64,000 nucleotides of DNA from NCBI GenBank assembly GCA_016718035.1, contig JADKEK010000003.1:456292-520291 (forward strand). Reading direction: 5' to 3'. A model generated the notes under the pieces. That model was not told where the DNA came from. It made no database searches and was given only the letters and a program-made list of their open reading frames with translations. This stretch comes from Bacteroidota bacterium (GTDB lineage Bacteria; Bacteroidota; Bacteroidia; Chitinophagales; BACL12). Positions 47,505 to 56,406 of this stretch are shown in pieces (position 1 is the stretch's first letter; each line of letters opens with the position of its first letter). The translations under genes were made by a program, and so were the position numbers.

Positions 47505-49439
47505 ATGATTTCAGTGCAGAATTTATCCATTCACTTTGGTGGCATATTTTTATTTGAAGAAGTTTCATTTGCTCTAAAAGAAAACGACCGCGTAGGTTTA
47601 GTCGGCAAAAACGGTGCAGGAAAGTCCACTCTCATGAAAATAATGAGCGGCTTACAAAAGCCGGATTCAGGGCAGGTGGTATTGCCAAAAGACAGTTTAA
47701 TTGGATTTTTGCACCAGGATTTGAGCAAAATGAAAGGCAAAACCGTGTTTGAAGAAACACAAACCGCCTTTAATGAAGCCCTCCAGTTGGATAAACGCAT
47801 GCATGAAATTGAGCATGAACTTACAGTGCGCACCGACTACGAGAGTGATTCATATCATGATATCATTAACGAGATTCAGGAAATATCGCATCGCTTAGAG
47901 ATTATTAACGTGGCCACCATCGACAAACAAATTGAGTTGGTGTTGATGGGTTTAGGTTTTATGCGTGAAGATTTCGACAAACCTGTTGAAACGTTCAGCG
48001 GTGGATGGCAGATGCGTATCGAATTGGCTAAAATTTTATTGAGTAAACCTGAATTGGTATTATTAGATGAGCCTACCAATCACTTGGATATTGAGAGTAT
48101 TCAGTGGTTAGAAACATATTTGGAAACGTACCCGGGTGCTATCATGATTGTTTCCCACGATAGAACATTTTTAGATAATGTTACCAAACGTACCATCGAA
48201 ATTGTAAGTCAGAAAATTTACGACTACCCTGCTAATTATTCCACATTTGTTGAATTGCGTAAAGAGCGAATTGATCAGCAACGTGCGGCGCAAAAAAATC
48301 AGGAAAAATATATTGAGCATACTGAAAAACTGATAGATAAATTCAGAGCAAAAGCGAACAAAGCAAAATTTGCACAATCACTTATTAAAAAGCTGGATAA
48401 AATAGAAGAAATAGAAGTGGACGATGAAGAAACTGCAACTATTCACTTTTATTTTCCAAAACCACAGCGCTCAGGTAAAACAGTAGTTACCGGAAAAAAA
48501 GTTTCTAAAACTTATGATGTAAAATTAATTTTAGATGAAATTGATTTTGATATTCAGCGCGGTGATAAAATTGCATTTGTAGGTAAAAACGGTGAAGGAA
48601 AATCTACCTTGTCTAAAATTATTGCCGGCATTGAAAAATACCAAGGCGAATTAGAGTTGGGACATAATGTACATTTAGGATATTATGCTCAAAATCAAGC
48701 TGAAACACTTAGCGGGGATGATACAGTATTTGATACTATTGACAAAGTGGCCGCCGGTGAAATGCGCTCCCATATCAGAACTTTATTAGGAGCGTTTTTA
48801 TTTGGTGGTGAAGCATCGTTTAAAAAAGTGAAGGTGTTATCAGGTGGTGAGAAATCGCGTTTGGCAATGTGTAAATTATTGCTTGAGCCATATAATTTAT
48901 TGGTGCTCGATGAGCCTACCAACCACTTGGACATGCGCAGTAAAGATGTATTAAAAAATGCATTGAACAATTTTGAAGGAACAGTAATTGTGGTATCGCA
49001 CGATCGTGATTTTTTAAAGGGAATTACCAACCGTGTATTTGAATTTAAGGATAAAAAAATCAAAGAACATATCGGTGATATATATGATTATTTGGCAGCT
49101 AAAAAAATATCTTCACTGGCAGAATTAGAATTAGCTCCAAAACCGGTTAAACAAAAAAAGGAAGCTGTAACGGTTTCCCCCACTAAAGAAAATCACGAAG
49201 ACAAAAAAAATCGTGAGCGGGAAGTAAATCGTATCAAAAAAGAAATTGAAAAAACCGAAAAAGAAATTGCGGCATTAGAAACGGAAATTGTTCAGCTTGA
49301 AAAACAAATGAATGATCCGGGATTTTATGAAAAGCCCAATACCACCGAAATTTTCAACAAATACAACAACCTGAAAGAAAGCCATACGCAAAAAATGAGC
49401 GGGTGGGAAAGTCTGACGGAACAGCTCGAAACAATTTAA
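47505..49439 (+). CDS. ABC-F family ATPase (ribosome-associated, two ABC domains plus a C-terminal coiled coil)
   Basis: Two Walker A motifs (GKNGAGKST, GKNGEGKST), two signature motifs (FSGGWQMR, LSGGEKSR), no TM domain, and a Lys/Glu-rich tail. Confidence 0.92.
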   Translation: MISVQNLSIHFGGIFLFEEVSFALKENDRVGLVGKNGAGKSTLMKIMSGLQKPDSGQVVLPKDSLIGFLHQDLSKMKGKTVFEETQTAFNEALQLDKRMHEIEHELTVRTDYESDSYHDIINEIQEISHRLEIINVATIDKQIELVLMGLGFMREDFDKPVETFSGGWQMRIELAKILLSKPELVLLDEPTNHLDIESIQWLETYLETYPGAIMIVSHDRTFLDNVTKRTIEIVSQKIYDYPANYSTFVELRKERIDQQRAAQKNQEKYIEHTEKLIDKFRAKANKAKFAQSLIKKLDKIEEIEVDDEETATIHFYFPKPQRSGKTVVTGKKVSKTYDVKLILDEIDFDIQRGDKIAFVGKNGEGKSTLSKIIAGIEKYQGELELGHNVHLGYYAQNQAETLSGDDTVFDTIDKVAAGEMRSHIRTLLGAFLFGGEASFKKVKVLSGGEKSRLAMCKLLLEPYNLLVLDEPTNHLDMRSKDVLKNALNNFEGTVIVVSHDRDFLKGITNRVFEFKDKKIKEHIGDIYDYLAAKKISSLAELELAPKPVKQKKEAVTVSPTKENHEDKKNREREVNRIKKEIEKTEKEIAALETEIVQLEKQMNDPGFYEKPNTTEIFNKYNNLKESHTQKMSGWESLTEQLETI

Positions 49440-49486
49440 TGAAAAATAAATATGAGCGAACATTATGTAGTGTGTTTTATTTCATC

Positions 49487-49503
49487 GTATATTTGCGATA
49501 TAC
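49487..49503 (+). promoter_or_regulatory. arsR promoter -7 box (TATATTTG, 49488-49495) overlapped by the inverted repeat GTATAT-N5-ATATAC (candidate ArsR operator)
   Basis: Both are read directly from the sequence. The palindrome spans the -7 box and the predicted transcription start, 9 nt upstream of the arsR ATG. Confidence 0.45.
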
Positions 49504-49511
49504 AATTGAAT

Positions 49512-49826
49512 ATGGCTTACTCGAAAAAACATGAATTTGACGCTGAAAGCATCCGAATTGCTGATATAGCTAAGGCTTTGAGTCATCCGGCGCGTATTGA
49601 AATACTGAAAGTGCTCTCGAACGGGCAATGTGTTTGTGGCGATATTGTTGACCAACTACCGCTTTCACAAAGTACTGTTTCACAACATTTAAAGGAATTG
49701 AAGGCTGCCGGACTAATAAAAGGTGAAATTGACGGACCAAGGGTTTGTTATTGTTTAAACGAAGGCGTTTGCAATCAGGCACTGGGATTTTTCAGACAAT
49801 TGTTTCGTGAAATTAAATGCTGTTAA
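49512..49826 (+). CDS. arsR: ArsR/SmtB-family metalloregulator
   Basis: LSHPARIEILKVL, As(III)-site-like CVCGD, and the recognition helix QSTVSQHLKELKAAGL. ATG 49512 is preferred over the start at 49452. Confidence 0.85.
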   Translation: MAYSKKHEFDAESIRIADIAKALSHPARIEILKVLSNGQCVCGDIVDQLPLSQSTVSQHLKELKAAGLIKGEIDGPRVCYCLNEGVCNQALGFFRQLFREIKCC

Positions 49827-49827
49827 G

Positions 49828-50268
49828 ATGTATACCTTCAGAACTGCAACTATCGATGATTTCAACGCTATACAAGCGTTGCTGATGCAACATCAACTTC
49901 CAATTGATGGATTAGCACAACATATTCAACACTTTGAAGTTGTAATGGCAAATAATCAACTAATTGGTGTTGCTGGTGTAGAACAATATTTTCCGTTTGC
50001 CTTAATTCGTTCTGTTGCCATTGATTCACAATATCAGCATCAGCAACTTGGGAAACAATTAATTGAGGTCTTATTATCAAAATTAAATGATGCAGGTTTT
50101 ACCACTTATTATCTGCTGACAGAAACAGCACCAACATTTTTTTCGAAATTAAATTTTCACATTATTCAGCGCAGCGAGGTTCCGCTTGTTATTCAGCAAA
50201 CGCAGGAATTTGCAACAATTTGTCCAGACAGCGCAATAGTTATGACAAAAAATAATTTATCACTATAA
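49828..50268 (+). CDS. arsN2: GNAT N-acetyltransferase, ArsN2-like
   Basis: 146 aa GNAT fold (RSVAIDSQYQHQQLGKQLIE), located between arsR and arsM. The ATG is 1 nt after the arsR stop. Confidence 0.65.
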   Translation: MYTFRTATIDDFNAIQALLMQHQLPIDGLAQHIQHFEVVMANNQLIGVAGVEQYFPFALIRSVAIDSQYQHQQLGKQLIEVLLSKLNDAGFTTYYLLTETAPTFFSKLNFHIIQRSEVPLVIQQTQEFATICPDSAIVMTKNNLSL

Positions 50269-50278
50269 AATAAATATT

Positions 50279-51118
50279 ATGCAAAACGATCAAGAAGTAA
50301 AAGACCTTGTAAAGGAACGATACAGTGAAATTGCACTGCAATCAAAAACCACCAACGCATCATCATGTTGTGGCGCAGGTGGATGCTCAACCATTGACCT
50401 TGAAATTATGAGTGAAAATTACACTTCACTGGAAGGTTATTTTGCCGACGCCGACTTAGGTTTAGGCTGTGGTATACCAACTGAATTTGCACAAATTAAA
50501 AAAGGCGATACGGTGGTGGACCTGGGCTCAGGGGCAGGTAACGATGCTTTTGTAGCACGCAGTATTGTGGGTGAAGACGGCCGCGTTATTGGTGTAGACA
50601 TGACAGAAACAATGATTGAATTGTCACGCAAAAATGCAGCAAAACTCAACTTACAAAATGTAGAGTTTCGTTTGGGCGACATTGAAAATATTCCTATTAC
50701 TTCTAATAAAGCCGATGTAGTAGTGAGCAATTGCGTATTAAATTTAGTGCCAAATAAAGTAAAAGCTTTTTCAGAAATGTATCGCATTATAAAACCCGGC
50801 GGTCACTTTAGTGTTTCTGATATTGTATTAGTTGGCGAATTACCACCTTCCATATTAAAAGAAGCAGAAATGTATGCCGGTTGTGTAAGTGGTGCTATTC
50901 AAAAAGACGCATACTTAAATATTATTGCACAAAATGGTTTTAAACAGGTAAGTATTAAAAAGGAAAAAGAAATAATTCTTCCTGATGATATTCTTACTAA
51001 TTATTTAAATGAAGAACAAATGACTGCCTTTAAAAATAGTGGTGTTGGGATATTTAGTATTACTGTTTTTGGTGAAAAACCGAAAGACTGTGGTTGTGGT
51101 ACAGATTGCTGCAGCTAA
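50279..51118 (+). CDS. arsM: Arsenite S-adenosylmethionine methyltransferase
   Basis: VKERYSEIA, SSCCGAGGCS, LGLGCGIP, VVDLGSGAGND, SNCVLNL and YAGCVSGA, giving the canonical ArsM Cys set and methyltransferase motifs. Confidence 0.88.
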   Translation: MQNDQEVKDLVKERYSEIALQSKTTNASSCCGAGGCSTIDLEIMSENYTSLEGYFADADLGLGCGIPTEFAQIKKGDTVVDLGSGAGNDAFVARSIVGEDGRVIGVDMTETMIELSRKNAAKLNLQNVEFRLGDIENIPITSNKADVVVSNCVLNLVPNKVKAFSEMYRIIKPGGHFSVSDIVLVGELPPSILKEAEMYAGCVSGAIQKDAYLNIIAQNGFKQVSIKKEKEIILPDDILTNYLNEEQMTAFKNSGVGIFSITVFGEKPKDCGCGTDCCS

Positions 51119-51139
51119 TCACTTTTAATTTATTATGAT

Positions 51140-51175
51140 AACGCCATTTAATCTCTTTAAATGGCGTTTTTTATT
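51140..51175 (+). terminator. Rho-independent terminator of arsR-arsN2-arsM
   Basis: 12-bp stem AACGCCATTTAA / TTAAATGGCGTT, loop TCTCT, followed by TTTTATTT. Confidence 0.85.
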
Positions 51176-51235
51176 TCCCAATAAATATGTTTGCAAAACG
51201 GCTTTATTGCAACGATATTTGTAAAAAAATAACCA

Positions 51236-51400
51236 TTGAATACAGGGGACTGGATACAGGTTTTGGGGTTAATTGTTGTATTTATGATTTTGGTAATCAT
51301 TATTTACAGCATTATAAACTGGCCATGGTATGCTTCAACTGCATTAATTATTGCTGCATTGATTGTCGGGTGGCTGGTTAACCGATTTATTAAATTGTAG
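51236..51400 (+). CDS. Possible small two-TM membrane protein (54 codons, below the track cutoff)
   Basis: An alternative frame to the track ORF reads (L/M)NTGDWIQVLGLIVVFMILVIIIYSIINWPWYASTALIIAALIVGWLVNRFIKL. Start is TTG 51236 or ATG 51284. Hydrophobic hairpin pattern only. Confidence 0.3.
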   Translation: MNTGDWIQVLGLIVVFMILVIIIYSIINWPWYASTALIIAALIVGWLVNRFIKL

Positions 51401-51484
51401 GGTTATAACTTATCCCATTTACCAACAAAAGCCCTTTTAACAAGCTTTATGGCGCTCAATTGTATTATTCAGGCGAGTTCTTGC

Positions 51485-51492
51485 TACCTTTG
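51485..51492 (+). promoter_or_regulatory. Bacteroidota -7 box TACCTTTG for the DUF2911 gene
   Basis: Exact TAnnTTTG match, 21 nt upstream of the ATG at 51514. Confidence 0.45.
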
Positions 51493-51513
51493 TTGGGTCA
51501 AATAAACCAAATT

Positions 51514-52098
51514 ATGCAAAAATCAATTGTTTTAACATTAGGTATTGCTATGCTCACGCTTTTTGGAGCATGCAAAAATTCATCGCAGGAAGCCATCAAA
51601 GAAAAGAGGAAAGAGGAAATGACCAATAAAGAAAATCGTGTGAGTCCTCCGGCAACTGCAACCGCAACAATAGGAACAAATACGGTAACCGTAAACTATA
51701 GTTCACCTGCTGTTAAAGGCCGCCCTATATGGGGAGCATTAGTGCCTTATGGAGAAGTATGGAGAACCGGCGCAAATGAGGCTTCTACAGTTACCTTTAC
51801 ACAAGATGTTACCATACAGGGGCAAACACTTACTAAGGACACCTACTCCTACTTTACCATACCTACCGATACGGTTTGGACAGTAATATTTAATGTAAAT
51901 GAAACACAATGGGGTGCATTCAAATACGATCAAAGTGAAGATGCATTAAGAGTGCAGGTTAAACCGGTAATGGTAGAAACTAATACTGAAAATTTATCCT
52001 TTAGTGTTGTTCCGGATGCGACACCAAATTCAGGAATCATTCGTTTAAATTGGGAAAAATTACAATTAGATTGTCCGTTCACGAACGTTGGCAACTAA
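51514..52098 (+). CDS. DUF2911 domain-containing lipoprotein
   Basis: Lipobox LFGACKN, plus VNYSSPAVKGRPIWGALVPYGEVWRTGANEAST, which resembles DUF2911. Confidence 0.65.
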   Translation: MQKSIVLTLGIAMLTLFGACKNSSQEAIKEKRKEEMTNKENRVSPPATATATIGTNTVTVNYSSPAVKGRPIWGALVPYGEVWRTGANEASTVTFTQDVTIQGQTLTKDTYSYFTIPTDTVWTVIFNVNETQWGAFKYDQSEDALRVQVKPVMVETNTENLSFSVVPDATPNSGIIRLNWEKLQLDCPFTNVGN

Positions 52099-52117
52099 TT
52101 AATTATAAAAACTATAC

Positions 52118-52150
52118 TAACCCGGTTAATTATTTTAACCGGGTTTTTTA
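52118..52150. terminator. Hairpin terminator between convergent genes
   Basis: Stem TAACCCGGTTAA / TTAACCGGGTT, followed by TTTTTA on the plus strand. Confidence 0.65.
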
Positions 52151-52171
52151 TTGCAAAATAAATTCGGAAAT

Positions 52172-52579
52172 TTAATAATAAGTCAACATCACAAATGATG
52201 TTGTATTGGCAGGTGTTGTTACCGAGTCGATGAGTATACCTAAAATAGGATGAGTAGCTTTTATGTAATAATAATCTTTGTCTAAACCATTAATTTCTGC
52301 GTGGCCATTTTCATCTGTAGTTCGTGTTGCTTCAGGATAATAATCGTAGGCAAGTTCTTCATAACTCAAATAAATATCAATTTTAACATCCTGAACAGTG
52401 CTATCCATTAACGGAGAAATATCATAAATTCGATTGACGTCAAAAATAATGGTTCTGTTAAAGTTCTGACTGGCATTAAAATTATCGTCAGGCAACTCCG
52501 TTTCACTACATGCATAAAAACCAAATGCAATGAAATACAACAGGATTAATTGCAAATAAAATCTCGCCAAAAATTTCAT
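52172..52579 (-). CDS. Hypothetical lipoprotein
   Basis: Signal/lipobox FGFYACS, 135 aa, predicted beta-rich. No family recognised. Confidence 0.5.
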   Translation of the reverse strand: MKFLARFYLQLILLYFIAFGFYACSETELPDDNFNASQNFNRTIIFDVNRIYDISPLMDSTVQDVKIDIYLSYEELAYDYYPEATRTTDENGHAEINGLDKDYYYIKATHPILGILIDSVTTPANTTSFVMLTYY

Positions 52580-52681
52580 GTAATAAAATTACCGTTAATT
52601 CACTGAATTAGATAATACGAATGTAATACTAACGTAATTTTTTAGTCCAAGTATTTATCAAGGATTAATAGCGGCATACAA

Positions 52682-53317
52682 TCACTCCGTTGTTTTTACA
52701 AAAATATAACCGCCAGTTTCTGCCCCCCAAACCTGTTTCCCATTAGCATCCCAGCCACGATCCCAGCTTAACAACTGTTCATCAGTGATGACAACTTCAC
52801 TGGTTGCATAACTAGCGCCACGCAAACTGCTCGGGCAAGATGTAGCACCTGTGGAACCGACGAATCGATTGATATTGATATCTCCAACTAACTCATGTTC
52901 GTATTTTAAAGTAATAGTACAACCATCGCGTAAAATCAATTTATCAAATGTGAGGTTGCTCAATTTTGACGCATCGTTCCAACCACCTGCATATTGTAAT
53001 GGATTTTCAAATTCATATACACGACTTTCATAAATACCCAATGCAATTTCTACTACCTGATATACTCTTTGGCGATATGGTTTATCTTGCGCGCTGCCCA
53101 TTGCTTGTTCTACATATAGCCAATTGCCGGATTCATTACCCATTTGAATATCAACCATATGCAATCGGATATCATAAAAATTAGAATCGGCTTTGCTTTG
53201 GGCTTCACTTGAAAACGAACCTGTCATATATGCCAATAAGGTTCCATAAATATTTTCAAGCTGTGCTTTCGATTGAAACGAAACTAAAAACAGAAAAATA
53301 AAAACAAGTTTTTTCAT
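52682..53317 (-). CDS. CpcT/CpeT-like (DUF1001) beta-barrel protein, secreted
   Basis: MTGSFSSEAQSKADSNFYDIRLHMV...WLYVEQA...KPYRQRVY parallels the CpcT/CpeT family signature. A signal peptide is present. Confidence 0.55.
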   Translation of the reverse strand: MKKLVFIFLFLVSFQSKAQLENIYGTLLAYMTGSFSSEAQSKADSNFYDIRLHMVDIQMGNESGNWLYVEQAMGSAQDKPYRQRVYQVVEIALGIYESRVYEFENPLQYAGGWNDASKLSNLTFDKLILRDGCTITLKYEHELVGDININRFVGSTGATSCPSSLRGASYATSEVVITDEQLLSWDRGWDANGKQVWGAETGGYIFVKTTE

Positions 53318-54862
53318 TTAATCTGCTAATTGTTTTAATACGGTATTAATATCCACTTTTGCATTTACAATTTGTAATACATCGGCAATAGCAATACGTT
53401 CTTGTTGCATACTGTCGCGTTCGCGGATGGTAACAGTATTATCTTCTAATGTTTGATGGTCAACGGTAATACAATATGGTGTACCAATGGCATCCATTCG
53501 ACGGTAACGTTTGCCGATACTGTCTTTTTCTTCGTAATAACACTGATGATTAAATTTCAGTGTATTAAATATTTCCATTGCTTTTTCCGGTAAACCATCT
53601 TTTTTAATTAATGGTAATACTGCTACTTTAATTGGCGCAAGAATAGCAGGTAAACGCAATACCACACGTGTTTCTTCGCCAACACCTTCTTCGTCATAAG
53701 CATTGCACATCATGGCTAAAAACATACGGTCGCAACCGATGGATGTTTCAACTACATAAGGAATATAATTTTCATTTAATTCAGGATCAAAATATTGTAA
53801 TTTTTTTCCGCTGAATTCTGTATGTCGGCTTAAGTCAAAATTTGTTCGCGAGTGAATACCTTCCAGTTCTTTAAAACCAAATGGAAATTTAAATTCAATA
53901 TCTACCGCAGCATTTGCATAATGTGCAACTTTATCGTGGTCGTGGAATTGTAACATGCTCGCATCAGTACCTAAAGCGCGGTGCCATAACATGCGTGTTT
54001 TTTTCCAGTAATTATAATAATTCATTTCTTCACCCGGACGAACAAAAAATTGCATTTCCATTTGTTCGAATTCACGCATGCGGAAAATAAACTGACGCGC
54101 AACAATTTCATTTCTGAATGCTTTACCAATTTGTGCAATACCAAAAGGTATTTTCTGACGCGTAGTTTTTTGCACATTCAAAAAATTAACAAAAATACCC
54201 TGAGCAGTTTCAGGACGCAGATAAACAACATCCGAAGAATCGGACGCAGCACCAAAACTGGTTGAAAACATCAAATTAAACTGACGTACATCGGTCCAAT
54301 TGCGTGTACCTGAAATCGGGTCAACAATTTCGCAATCAATAATTATTTGTTTGAGCTCGTCGAGATTATTATCATTTAACGCTTTAACAAAACGCGTATG
54401 CACAGCTTCTCTTTTGGCAGCAATTTCGAGCACACGACCATTGGTAGTTCTGAACATTGTTTCATCGAAATTTTCGAAACGTTTTTTTGCTTTTTCTACC
54501 TCTTTATCAATCTTTTCATCCTGTTTCGCCAAAAACTCTTCAATAAGCACATCGGCGCGGTAACGTTTTTTAGAATCTTTATTGTCAATCAGCGGGTCGC
54601 TAAATGCATCCACGTGGCCGCTTGCCTTCCAGGTAGTCGGGTGCATCAAAATAGCTGAATCGAGGCCCACAATGTTTTCATGCATCTGCACCATGGCCTT
54701 CCACCAGTATTCTTTGATATTGTTTTTCAGCAAGGCACCGTATGGACCGTAATCGTAAACAGCACTCAATCCATCATAAATTTCCGAACTTTGGAATATA
54801 TAACCATACTCCTTAGCATGGCTTATCACTTTTTTAAACTTTTCTGCGTCGTTGGCAATCAT
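53318..54862 (-). CDS. glyQS: Glycine--tRNA ligase (class II, dimeric GlyQS type)
   Basis: 514 aa with YGPYGALLKNNI, FRNEIVARQFIFRMREFEQMEMQFF (motif 2), ETSIGCDR (motif 3), and a C-terminal anticodon-binding domain. Confidence 0.95.
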   Translation of the reverse strand: MIANDAEKFKKVISHAKEYGYIFQSSEIYDGLSAVYDYGPYGALLKNNIKEYWWKAMVQMHENIVGLDSAILMHPTTWKASGHVDAFSDPLIDNKDSKKRYRADVLIEEFLAKQDEKIDKEVEKAKKRFENFDETMFRTTNGRVLEIAAKREAVHTRFVKALNDNNLDELKQIIIDCEIVDPISGTRNWTDVRQFNLMFSTSFGAASDSSDVVYLRPETAQGIFVNFLNVQKTTRQKIPFGIAQIGKAFRNEIVARQFIFRMREFEQMEMQFFVRPGEEMNYYNYWKKTRMLWHRALGTDASMLQFHDHDKVAHYANAAVDIEFKFPFGFKELEGIHSRTNFDLSRHTEFSGKKLQYFDPELNENYIPYVVETSIGCDRMFLAMMCNAYDEEGVGEETRVVLRLPAILAPIKVAVLPLIKKDGLPEKAMEIFNTLKFNHQCYYEEKDSIGKRYRRMDAIGTPYCITVDHQTLEDNTVTIRERDSMQQERIAIADVLQIVNAKVDINTVLKQLAD

Positions 54863-54866
54863 GGCG

Positions 54867-54874
54867 CAAAGGTA
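54867..54874 (-). promoter_or_regulatory. Bacteroidota -7 box (TACCTTTG on the minus strand) abutting the glyQS start
   Basis: The minus strand reads CTTACCTTTGCGCCATGATT, identical to 47491-47510. Confidence 0.55.
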
Positions 54875-55159
54875 AGGGGTTTAAGGGAAGATTGGAAACA
54901 GGAAAAGTGCCTTGGTTTGGCGGCGAAAATGCTGTTCTCGGAACGTATTTTGATGTATTTTAGCTTAATGCGTTCAAGCGATGGTAAATGAAAAGATTGA
55001 AAAAAATTAGTAATAACGGTATTAACATTACACCTTATTGCTAATTTTTTTTCATATATAAACAACTTTTTGATTCCCAATTATTTAATAACAAGTGGGT
55101 ATTCATTGCAATTAAGTTTTTCCGCGAATTTAACAACTTTATATTTAAGTGATGCTCCA

Positions 55160-55450
55160 ATGACTAATAGAAAATTTGACCAGTTAAGACGAACTTCTAT
55201 AAATGTTAAGTTTTCATTAGGCGTTCAATTTGCGTCAACAGATAAGGCATATTACCTGGATATTTTTACTTATGTTTCGGGCAATGGGTTTGTAGCAACC
55301 AAGCAGGATAAATTAGAAATTATCGATGGAATGCTCACTACTAGATACTTTTTCGAAAATGAAACTTACAACTATACACTGTATACCTTCACTACAACCG
55401 ATAATGTAGTTTTCTATAACGTGCAAGTGTTTAAAAATTTCGGGAAATAA
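55160..55450 (+). CDS. Hypothetical small protein
   Basis: The ORF is followed by a strong plus-strand terminator. ATG 55160 is preferred over the TTG at 55070. No family recognised. Confidence 0.4.
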   Translation: MTNRKFDQLRRTSINVKFSLGVQFASTDKAYYLDIFTYVSGNGFVATKQDKLEIIDGMLTTRYFFENETYNYTLYTFTTTDNVVFYNVQVFKNFGK

Positions 55451-55458
55451 TTAAATGC

Positions 55459-55494
55459 AAAGGAGGCGCTACAAAAACAACGCCTCCTTTTTTA
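55459..55494 (+). terminator. Rho-independent terminator
   Basis: 10-bp stem AAAGGAGGCG / CGCCTCCTTT followed by TTT on the plus strand. Confidence 0.75.
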
Positions 55495-55509
55495 ATTATA
55501 GTGGTTTGT

Positions 55510-56406
55510 TTATTGAATCTGAATAATTTGCTTAGAATAGTTATATGAGTCTTTATTAATGGTTACAATGTATGTTCCATTTAAAGCCACAACATTAAAT
55601 TTATTATTCAATTCACCTAGGTAACCTGAGCTTATTACCTTACCTTCCAAATTTATAATTGAGTAATTCCCACCTAATAGTTGCTTATTAATATTAATGC
55701 AAACAGTTCCAGAATAGCTATAAATTGTTGGTATATAAAAATCTAAATTTGCGATTCCAACGGTAGTTGTGTCACCTATTGTGTCACCGGCATAAATACC
55801 GGTTTCGCATTTTGTTTCATAAGCGTAGTCCTTAACAATTAACTTCCTTCCATTTTCTAATACATCGCAGCGTATCCAACCGTAATGTAAGCAATCCAAT
55901 GAATCATAAAATCTCACGCCAAGAAAGTGGTCAAGTACTTCGGGATACCATATTCCTCCCTTTGGAAAGTAATCGCCATCCGTTTGTATATATCTGTAAG
56001 CTATTCTTTGGTAGCCATCATTATGAAATATTAAACTTTCGTCTATTAATTCACTTTCATTTAAAGCAAATGGAAAGTAAACTGTAAAACCGCCATAAAA
56101 TGGAGTAATAACATGAGTTAAAGCTGCAATTTCATTATTAGGTGATTGAGGGCCAGCATATAATGCGTTAAGGTGTGAACTGTAGTAAGAATAGTAAGTA
56201 GAAAAATCAAACGACCGATTTAAAAATCCGAAGTCAACTATACCATCATTATTCATGTCAACTCCTGCTGTTTCCCAATTATTATCTAAAACAAAATCAG
56301 GGTCAATATCTGTATATATAGCTTGTCCTCTCGAACTTGAATTTAAAGCTAAAAAGCAAGCTGACAAAGCTGAATATTGCGTTAAAATAAATTTGTTATT
56401 TTTCAC
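55510..56406 (-). CDS. Hypothetical T9SS-CTD secreted protein
   Basis: Signal peptide, DMNNDGIVDFGF and HYGWIRCDV motifs common in Bacteroidota surface proteins, and a C-terminal sorting-domain-like beta region. The GTG start directly abuts the upstream stop. Confidence 0.6.
   Translation of the reverse strand: MKNNKFILTQYSALSACFLALNSSSRGQAIYTDIDPDFVLDNNWETAGVDMNNDGIVDFGFLNRSFDFSTYYSYYSSHLNALYAGPQSPNNEIAALTHVITPFYGGFTVYFPFALNESELIDESLIFHNDGYQRIAYRYIQTDGDYFPKGGIWYPEVLDHFLGVRFYDSLDCLHYGWIRCDVLENGRKLIVKDYAYETKCETGIYAGDTIGDTTTVGIANLDFYIPTIYSYSGTVCININKQLLGGNYSIINLEGKVISSGYLGELNNKFNVVALNGTYIVTINKDSYNYSKQIIQIQ

Noticed and set aside
51187-51381. 64-aa Cys-rich track ORF after the ars terminator
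   Set aside because: It has an odd composition (many Cys, Asn and Tyr from AT-rich codons) and no motif. An alternative frame gives a more plausible small membrane peptide, itself reported only at low confidence.
54859-55080. 73-aa minus-strand ORF whose TGA overlaps the glyQS ATG (looks like translational coupling)
   Set aside because: The glyQS -7 box and the conserved 20-mer lie inside it, so transcription probably starts downstream of most of this ORF. Its sequence is basic and low-complexity. The overlap is judged coincidental.
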